Shown here: in pieces, positions 25,967 through 32,000 of the stretch
How positions within the stretch are numbered: the stretch's first letter is position 1
Layout: the number at the start of each line of letters is the position of its first letter
Assembly (NCBI GenBank): GCA_038889235.1
Contig: JAWAHN010000002.1
Span: 435,397-467,396, forward strand
Direction: 5' to 3'
DNA from: Candidatus Jordarchaeales archaeon
Lineage (GTDB): Archaea > Asgardarchaeota > Jordiarchaeia > Jordiarchaeales > Freyrarchaeaceae
DNA: 32,000 bases
The notes under the pieces: model-generated
What the model saw: only the letters and a program-made list of their open reading frames with translations
The model's database searches: none
Told to the model about the DNA's origin: nothing
Made by a program: the position numbers and the translations under genes

Positions 25967-26970
25967 CTCATTGTGAAGGGCTTGTAGTCTTGGGTTCTGG
26001 AGAGGAGGTAGTCTGCGATTCTCCTCGCCTGGAGGAATATGTGGCTGTGGAAGGGGAGGCGCCTGCCTAGGAAAGACACTTGCTCTGACAGTCTTTCGGA
26101 TACTGCTTTGACTGCTGCGAACCTCGCCTCTCTTTTAAGTCTCCCGTTTTCGACTGTTGAGTGCAGGTTTTTCATGCTCCACGCGAGTCTTAGCACCGCT
26201 CTGTCTACGACCGGCTGCCTGAACTCTTCCATGGCGTCCATTACGAGTGCCGGCCTTCTGGGTGAGTCTACGTGTAGGAACCCTGCGTAGGCGTCGAGGC
26301 CGGCTGACTCGACGGCGAGCCACACTTCCATGGAGAGCAGGGAGTAGCAGAAGTTGAGCATTATGTTGATGGGGTCGTCGGGCATCTCGAACCTCTTCCT
26401 CCTCCCCGGGAACCCTGCATCCTCTGGCAGTATGAGCTTGAAGCCCTCCCAGTATATCTTGGCGGCTTCAGCCTCCAGCTTCATTATCTCGCTTCTGACG
26501 TCGTCGACGCAGCTTCCCTCCAGGCTTAGGATTTCCTCCGCTATTTTCGCCTCCTCCTTGGAGAGCTCGATTAGTGTCGTTGAGAGGCGTGGCCTGTTTT
26601 TTCCCGCCTCCCTCAGGAGGGCTTTCTGGTTGACGACCTTGGCCCACGAGAACCTTTTTGCCAGGTAGGCTCCGCTCGGCTTGCCCTGGGCGCTGTACTG
26701 GGCTTTTCGCAGCGCGACCGTGCCTTTCCCCGTGAAGCTTGAGAGCTTGGCTTCAGGGTATCCGCCGGAGTAAAACACGATGTCCACGTTGTGCCTTGCG
26801 AGGAGGGTTACGACCGCTGAGGACATTGACGCGCCGCGCGTCAACACTACTACTTGCCCTATGTTTGAAGGGGAGACTTCTAGTATTTTCTCGCCCCTTT
26901 TCTTGACAACCACCATTCCCTTCCTAGCTGACAGGAATGTTCCCGGCTCGTTTATCACGAGTCTTTTCAA
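25963..26970 (-). CDS. cas1: CRISPR-associated endonuclease Cas1
   Basis: LEAEAAKIYW, DPINIMLNFCY, GFLH, DAMEEFR catalytic motifs. Confidence 0.97.
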   Translation of the reverse strand: MKRLVINEPGTFLSARKGMVVVKKRGEKILEVSPSNIGQVVVLTRGASMSSAVVTLLARHNVDIVFYSGGYPEAKLSSFTGKGTVALRKAQYSAQGKPSGAYLAKRFSWAKVVNQKALLREAGKNRPRLSTTLIELSKEEAKIAEEILSLEGSCVDDVRSEIMKLEAEAAKIYWEGFKLILPEDAGFPGRRKRFEMPDDPINIMLNFCYSLLSMEVWLAVESAGLDAYAGFLHVDSPRRPALVMDAMEEFRQPVVDRAVLRLAWSMKNLHSTVENGRLKREARFAAVKAVSERLSEQVSFLGRRLPFHSHIFLQARRIADYLLSRTQDYKPFTMR

Positions 26971-27916
26971 CGCTCCCCCCTCTGCAGACTGGGTGGTACG
27001 GGCAGTAGCTTGGGCAGTTGAGTGGCTTTCCCGGGTCCCTTGAGGCGGAGACCACTTCGTGGGCTTCGTCCCTTATTTCTATGAACTCCCGTCTCAGCTC
27101 GTCTCCTATCACGAAGCACTTGACCTTGAAGCTTGGGACGGGGCCCGGGAACTTCACGTACACGATGAAGCCGTAGTCGACTGGGACTCCCTCCTCGGCT
27201 TCTAGTGCTAGGGCGTAGCCTGCGAGCGCGTAGGGGTGGAACTCCCTTTCCTCTCCGGTTTTAAGGTCTGCTACGGCGTTGAAAGGGGTGTACACGTCCA
27301 CGCTGAGCTCCCTGCTTAGACCTATGAGGCTTCCGTCGATCTTTCTCTCTGCAATGGGTGGCACCGTTATGCTCACCAGTGAGTCGACGTCCGAGTTTGG
27401 GTGCTTCGAGAGGGCTTGGTCCAATCTCGCCGCAGCCTGCACTGCAAGGAACTTGCAGAAGGCTAGGGCTTCGTCCTTCAGTTTTGCTTTAACTTCTCCG
27501 CTAACCTCTGAGAACATGTGATCCGCGTAGAGCAGTGCTTTCTCAACTAGGACGGCTGCTAGGGGGGCGACGGCTTCTATGAGCTCGAAGCCGCACTGGA
27601 CGTCGCCTGAAAACAGGAGTTTTTTAATGGTGAGCAGCATCTCTCGGTTGACGTTGTGGAGCACCACTCCTCTGGCGGTTTTGGCGCTTGCAGGGGCTTT
27701 TACTCCTAGAACCCTTTTGAGGTATATGTCGCGCATTGAAGCGCAGTAGCGTCCTGCAAGCTCGCTTACGCTGAAGAGGAGTGATCTGGATGGGGGTTCG
27801 ACGGGTGGGGAGTCGAAGGACCACCCTCTAAGCTCCTCGCTGACCCCCTTGAACCCGAGCTCGCGGCGTAGGAGTCTCAGGCGCCTGTCTAGCTCGAGCT
27901 TGTCGAGGAAAAGCAT
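26924..27916 (-). CDS. csa1: Type I-A Cas4-like protein Csa1
   Basis: EELRGW..PPV.P, SELAGRYC..RD, DLKTG, LAGYALALE, C-terminal CPSYCPYHPVC. Confidence 0.9.
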   Translation of the reverse strand: MLFLDKLELDRRLRLLRRELGFKGVSEELRGWSFDSPPVEPPSRSLLFSVSELAGRYCASMRDIYLKRVLGVKAPASAKTARGVVLHNVNREMLLTIKKLLFSGDVQCGFELIEAVAPLAAVLVEKALLYADHMFSEVSGEVKAKLKDEALAFCKFLAVQAAARLDQALSKHPNSDVDSLVSITVPPIAERKIDGSLIGLSRELSVDVYTPFNAVADLKTGEEREFHPYALAGYALALEAEEGVPVDYGFIVYVKFPGPVPSFKVKCFVIGDELRREFIEIRDEAHEVVSASRDPGKPLNCPSYCPYHPVCRGGSVEKTRDKRAGNIPVS

Positions 27917-28002
27917 ACAGACACCTTTTTGTTCCTTGGGAATAGAATTAAAACCAAAAGATTTAAATTTTGTCCTTTCCTATGGAATTGTAGGGTGGTA
28001 TC
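27917..28002. promoter_or_regulatory. Divergent promoter of the cas adaptation and interference operons
   Basis: 86 bp AT-rich gap with TTTAAATT (plus) and TTTTAATT (minus) TATA-like boxes. Confidence 0.65.
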
Positions 28003-28311
28003 TTGTCCAGTTTTCTATCTGAAGAGGAGTGGGGTGTTTTGAGGGATATTGCTGGCTTTCTCCGCCAGTTTGTCGAGTACGACCCTGAGAGGCCGCGTTA
28101 CGGGTACATTGACAGGCTGGCGACGCCTTACAATCTCAAAATAGTTGAGTTGACGCTTGAGGAGGCGCTTAGGGAGGCGCGCTCGTCAGGGGATTTCTGG
28201 ATTCCCTCGGAGGAGTCTGTGAAGAGGTTTCTCGAGCTTTGCAGCAGGGATCTGAGGTACTCCACTATAGTTGCGGCTTTGGCTCTGGCGAAGTTAAGTA
28301 GGAGGAGGTGA
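28003..28311 (+). CDS. csa5: Type I-A small subunit Csa5 (Cas11a)
   Basis: 102 aa helical protein first in the cascade operon; YGYIDRLA...LEEALR pattern. Confidence 0.75.
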   Translation: MSSFLSEEEWGVLRDIAGFLRQFVEYDPERPRYGYIDRLATPYNLKIVELTLEEALREARSSGDFWIPSEESVKRFLELCSRDLRYSTIVAALALAKLSRRR

Positions 28312-28317
28312 GAGTGT

Positions 28318-29442
28318 ATGTTCGTCTCTCTTGGGATGAGGTTTCTGGCTAACATTGAGGCTTTGAACGCCGTTGAGAGTGTTGGGAACGTTACGAAGCA
28401 CAGGAGGGCTCCCATAGTTGTCTTAGACGAGAAGACTGGGAAATACACTATTAGGTATGTTCCGAGCATTAGTGGCGAGAGCCTGGGGCACGCATACCAG
28501 AGTAACGTGGTGGAGTTCGCCACGGAGGTCTACAATGGGAATCCGCCGGTCTGCAAGTGGTGTAGTAGGGGTGAGTTCTTCAAGTCTATGTCTCTGAAGT
28601 TTACGCACGAGGAGGCGAAGAAGGTTCAGGAGGAGCGCAAGTCTACAGCTGACCTTGAGTCTGTTAAGCACGAGTTTGAAAAGGCGGTCATAAGGTCGTG
28701 CCTGGTTGAGGACATTGGGGGCTTCCTCCTGGCTGAGGAGGATTTCCCGGTTAAGAGGACGTCTGTCTTCTTCACTGGGTACGTTGTTCCAACGCTTGAT
28801 TCTCTCGAAGCCACGGTGATAGACACGCAGTTCCATGCTAGGCATGCGCCTGTAATGGCGGGGAAAAAGGAGGAAAAAGAAGCGACGGGGAAAAAGGAGG
28901 AAGATGAAGTGGCGGGAGAGGAGAAGCAGAAAAAGCAGAAGAAGGAGGTCGCGGCGCAGATGATCTACTACGTGGAGGTTGCGTCTGCTGTCTATGGTAT
29001 GCGCATCGACATCGACTTGGACGCTATAGGTAGGACTAAGCTTGTGCTTGTCGAGGACGCTGTGGACGCTGAGGAAAGGAAGAAGAGGGTTTTGTGCGCT
29101 TTGGGGGGTCTGGCCCTCACGGCCCTCGGAAGGTTTGGCGCTAAGAGGAGCAGGTTTAACCCGATAAGTGAGGTTAAGAGCATCCTGGTGACGGTGTCCG
29201 ACGTTTACTCGTTCTCGGTTACACCGCCTCACACAAGGGACTACATAGCTTTCACTCTCAAGAGGGCTAACGCCGCGTTGGGCTTTATACAGGAAGCTGG
29301 CCTGAAGGGTGAGATCAAGCTTTTGGCGTACGATGGGGAAACCGGGGTGAGACTGGAGGGTGTCAGCTACTTCGACACACCAGAGGACCTCTTCAGGGCG
29401 CTCATAAACTATGTGAAAGAGAATTACCTTAAGCAGGGGTAG
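28318..29442 (+). CDS. cas7: Type I-A Cas7 (Csa2/DevR family)
   Basis: ALNAVESVGN, ISGESLGH, EDIGGFL, VKRTS, FGAKRSRF. Confidence 0.93.
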   Translation: MFVSLGMRFLANIEALNAVESVGNVTKHRRAPIVVLDEKTGKYTIRYVPSISGESLGHAYQSNVVEFATEVYNGNPPVCKWCSRGEFFKSMSLKFTHEEAKKVQEERKSTADLESVKHEFEKAVIRSCLVEDIGGFLLAEEDFPVKRTSVFFTGYVVPTLDSLEATVIDTQFHARHAPVMAGKKEEKEATGKKEEDEVAGEEKQKKQKKEVAAQMIYYVEVASAVYGMRIDIDLDAIGRTKLVLVEDAVDAEERKKRVLCALGGLALTALGRFGAKRSRFNPISEVKSILVTVSDVYSFSVTPPHTRDYIAFTLKRANAALGFIQEAGLKGEIKLLAYDGETGVRLEGVSYFDTPEDLFRALINYVKENYLKQG

Positions 29443-29444
29443 GT

Positions 29445-30233
29445 ATGACGCCGCCGTCCCCCCTTTTCTTTCTGAAGGTTCCGTGCGTGGTGCACTGGGG
29501 GTGGAAGCTTAACATTGTTCCGTTCAGCAAGTCTAGGCCGCCCCTCGTAGTTCCACCCCCCTCGTCCCTTATTGGCGCGCTGGCTTACCCTCTCGGAAGG
29601 CTGCTTCGCTTCCCGGAGACGCGCGGCAACCTCAGCTGGGCCGAGTCCCTCAGGAGGGGGCTCGTGTACGTTGGTCTACGAGTTGACGCTCCCCTCGTCC
29701 CTTACTTCGACCTGAACAGGATCCATTTCTTCTACCGTGGCAAGGAGAAGAGTGACGCTGTTGCCGTCGGCAAAACCTACGTTCTCTCTGTTTCCCGTTT
29801 CCCTCCGACTATAACGCTGTGCTACGTCGCCGACCTTGGGAGGGTTGAGGAGGCTTTGGGGTGTGTGGACGCGAGGAATGTTTTGGTTGAGGCTGCTTGG
29901 GGGATAACTCGGGTGGGCTCTAGGGAGTCGCTGGTTTCACCATTAGAAGTGGTTTTTGGCGAAGCCAGGGTTGTGAGCGAGGTTAGAAGAGGTGAGACGG
30001 CTTTCTCGTTCATGAAGAAGGCTGCCGCGGCCGTGGATGGAGCGTTTATCGTTGAGGAGGTGGTCGATTGGGAGTTGACGGAAATAGGCGACTACGGACA
30101 TGCGGGGCGCGAAGTCCTAGTGGTCCCCTATGATGAGGAGGAGAAGCGGTCGAAGCCCGTCGCTGTAGTGGTTTCCAGCGGGTACTCGTTTGTCGACGTT
30201 GGAGGCGAACTTGTGGTGGCGAGGGTGGGGTGA
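29445..30233 (+). CDS. cas5: Type I-A Cas5
   Basis: N-terminal ..SRP..VPPPSSLIGALA motif; follows cas7. Confidence 0.9.
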   Translation: MTPPSPLFFLKVPCVVHWGWKLNIVPFSKSRPPLVVPPPSSLIGALAYPLGRLLRFPETRGNLSWAESLRRGLVYVGLRVDAPLVPYFDLNRIHFFYRGKEKSDAVAVGKTYVLSVSRFPPTITLCYVADLGRVEEALGCVDARNVLVEAAWGITRVGSRESLVSPLEVVFGEARVVSEVRRGETAFSFMKKAAAAVDGAFIVEEVVDWELTEIGDYGHAGREVLVVPYDEEEKRSKPVAVVVSSGYSFVDVGGELVVARVG

Positions 30234-30237
30234 GATT

Positions 30238-31422
30238 GTGAGCTACCGGCTTACGGTGAGTCTTCCGCCGGAGGGCACTCTCATAAGGGATCTCACCGTA
30301 CTCTCTCTGGTCTACGTCAAGGAAAATGTGGACGAAGTGGAGTGGCAAAGTGACAAGGTGATTGTGAAGGCGCCATCGCAGGGTGCCGTCGTGGACGCCT
30401 TCGAGGCGCTTTACGAAAACGCTGCCAGGGTAGCTAGCGGCAAGGCACCTAGGGTTAAGATAGGCTTGCTGCAGAATGACCGCTCAGTTTTTTCAAAGCT
30501 GATCGGTGTGCAGTGTGACACATACCTGGATGCTGTGAGCAGTTTCCTGCTGGCCCACAAGAACAAATTGAATCCTGATTTCCTAAGCAGCTCTCTGAGC
30601 CACGTGTCGCTCGGCGCCGACGAGCTCGAACTGGGGGTTGGCAAAAAATTCCCGGCGTTGAACCTACTGGTTAGTGAGAAGTACGAGCGTGGACTCGAGT
30701 TTGGGAGACTGAACTTGAAGCGCAAGTTCGATGTTAGGTTGGATGAAGAATGGTACGCGCTCGTCTTGTCCGGCCTGGCTTTCTCCGTCTCGTCTTTTAT
30801 CGATAACGACCTGTTGCTCACCTGCATACCTGAACATGCTCTCCTCGTCTCTCATTTGAGGGCTCTAAGAGTCCTTGAGAAGGCTTACGTGAGTTTGCGC
30901 GACTTGCATGGTAAGGTGAGCGAGACAATATACTCGGAGAACGTCACACTGGACCCTGTTCCGGCATTCTTACTGCTCCTCGCTCTCTCGTTGGCGAAGA
31001 AGGCGAGTGATCTGAGGGCGCTGCACTCGCTTGACAGGATCTCTTTTGTTTTTTACAAGTTTAGGCGGTCGCGCAACGTTTTCACACTGTTAGGCAAGCA
31101 CCTGGTTGAACTGCTCGACTTAGTGTTGTTCGCGGCTAGATTAGTTGAAATGTCTAGAGAGCTGGTCTCTGAGCTTGTGCAAGTCGCTAGGCGAACAATA
31201 GAGCTCACGTTCAGGGCGCCTAGGGAGGACGAGCCGGACTACACTGTTTACAACCGCTTCTGCACGCTGCTCGTCCAAGCTATTCAGGGGGCTTACTCCA
31301 TTCACGAGATCGTCTACTATGGGGCTAGATACGGGCTTATAAGTGGCGAGTTGGCCGAGGGGATCCTTCATGCATCGTCTCAGCGAGGTGTACTCCCGGC
31401 TGAAGGAAAAGGGCTTCTTTAG
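30238..31422 (+). CDS. cas8a: Type I-A large subunit Cas8a (Csa4/Cas8a2-like)
   Basis: ~394 aa gene between cas5 and cas3'; assigned mainly by position and size. GTG start at 30238. Confidence 0.7.
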   Translation: MSYRLTVSLPPEGTLIRDLTVLSLVYVKENVDEVEWQSDKVIVKAPSQGAVVDAFEALYENAARVASGKAPRVKIGLLQNDRSVFSKLIGVQCDTYLDAVSSFLLAHKNKLNPDFLSSSLSHVSLGADELELGVGKKFPALNLLVSEKYERGLEFGRLNLKRKFDVRLDEEWYALVLSGLAFSVSSFIDNDLLLTCIPEHALLVSHLRALRVLEKAYVSLRDLHGKVSETIYSENVTLDPVPAFLLLLALSLAKKASDLRALHSLDRISFVFYKFRRSRNVFTLLGKHLVELLDLVLFAARLVEMSRELVSELVQVARRTIELTFRAPREDEPDYTVYNRFCTLLVQAIQGAYSIHEIVYYGARYGLISGELAEGILHASSQRGVLPAEGKGLL

Positions 31423-32000
31423 AGGTTCGAGGGAAAGGGTCTGCATAGATTCTGTTCTCGAGCTCCTTGAGAAGCAAGTTGAGGGCCCGTCGCTCACGTT
31501 TATACAGTTGCCTCCCGGTTACGGTAAAACCGCTATACCGTACTCCTTGTGCTTCTGGGCTATTTCTAACGACGACACCCGTGTTGAACGGGCGATTCAA
31601 GTCCTCCCCCTTAGGTCGATAGTGGAGAATGTTGTAGGGAGGTTCATCGGCAGAGACAAGTATGGTGAGACTCATGGGGCATTGTCTCTCGGGCTTACTT
31701 TGGAGGAGGCGAAGAGTATAGCGGGCGGGCAGTGCATGTTCATGCATGAAGCGAGTTTCATGCAAAAGAGCTTTGTTGCAACGACACTGGACACGTTCAG
31801 CCTAACTGCCGCTAAGCTCCCTCCCGTCGAACTTCAGAAGATCGCCAGGGAGTATGTTGGTGGGATGGGAAGCTTCGGCCACTACGAGATCGCTAGGGGG
31901 GCCATCCTATCCTCGGTTGTCGTGTTCGACGAGGCGCATCTCTTCATAGAAGAGAGGGAGAAGGAGAGCAAGGCGACTACTCTGCTGATATCACTCATAG
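31370..32000 (+). CDS. cas3: Cas3' helicase (no N-terminal HD domain), truncated by the window edge
   Basis: Missing from the ORF track. Manual translation gives MHRLSEVYSRL..., Walker A LPPGYGKT, LPLRSIVE and DEAH. Confidence 0.93.
   Translation, partial: MHRLSEVYSRLKEKGFFRGSRERVCIDSVLELLEKQVEGPSLTFIQLPPGYGKTAIPYSLCFWAISNDDTRVERAIQVLPLRSIVENVVGRFIGRDKYGETHGALSLGLTLEEAKSIAGGQCMFMHEASFMQKSFVATTLDTFSLTAAKLPPVELQKIAREYVGGMGSFGHYEIARGAILSSVVVFDEAHLFIEEREKESKATTLLISLI

Noticed and set aside
26924-27916. Two Cas4-family genes as a novelty
   Set aside because: csa1 plus cas4 is the standard type I-A adaptation module.
28423-29232. Long antisense ORFs opposite cas7 (also 9423-10157 opposite tes)
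   Set aside because: Shadow ORFs of well-supported genes with no recognisable motifs.
1-32000. tRNA/rRNA genes, transposases, integrases
   Set aside because: No cloverleaf with T-loop, rRNA signature or transposase/integrase motif was found in any intergenic region or ORF.

Overview
Archaeal chromosomal window, probably from a thermophile (TATA/BRE promoters, TFE, PAN, thermosome, tetraether lipid synthase). A CDC48-N/vWA fusion is compatible with an Asgard lineage, but the sequence does not prove this. The left ~23 kb is housekeeping and metabolic: the PAN/MBF1/aTrm56/DUF2110/HD/TFE cluster, an Lrp regulator with a Cys-rich tail, small enzymes, a CDC48-N-like+vWA protein, Tes, two more radical SAM enzymes, an acyl-CoA ligase, a methyltransferase, a secreted 5'-nucleotidase, an RNase J-like nuclease, a nitrilase, thermosome and Hsp20. 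The right ~8.5 kb is a type I-A CRISPR-Cas locus: a 20-repeat array (GAATCTCAGCGAGAGAGTTGAAAG, minus strand), csa1-cas1-cas2-cas4, and the divergent csa5-cas7-cas5-cas8a-cas3' (truncated). The most notable observations are five. (i) An extreme A/C versus G/T strand-skew flip is centred on the array and overrides codon usage in cas4 and hsp20. (ii) A 126-nt giant spacer reads as one intact transmembrane-coding fragment. (iii) The leader has no TATA box but keeps a 7-bp inverted repeat. (iv) Paired TTCC-N3-GGAA palindromes lie in the divergent cas promoter. (v) The CDC48-N/vWA fusion protein. All calls are by eye; no searches were run.
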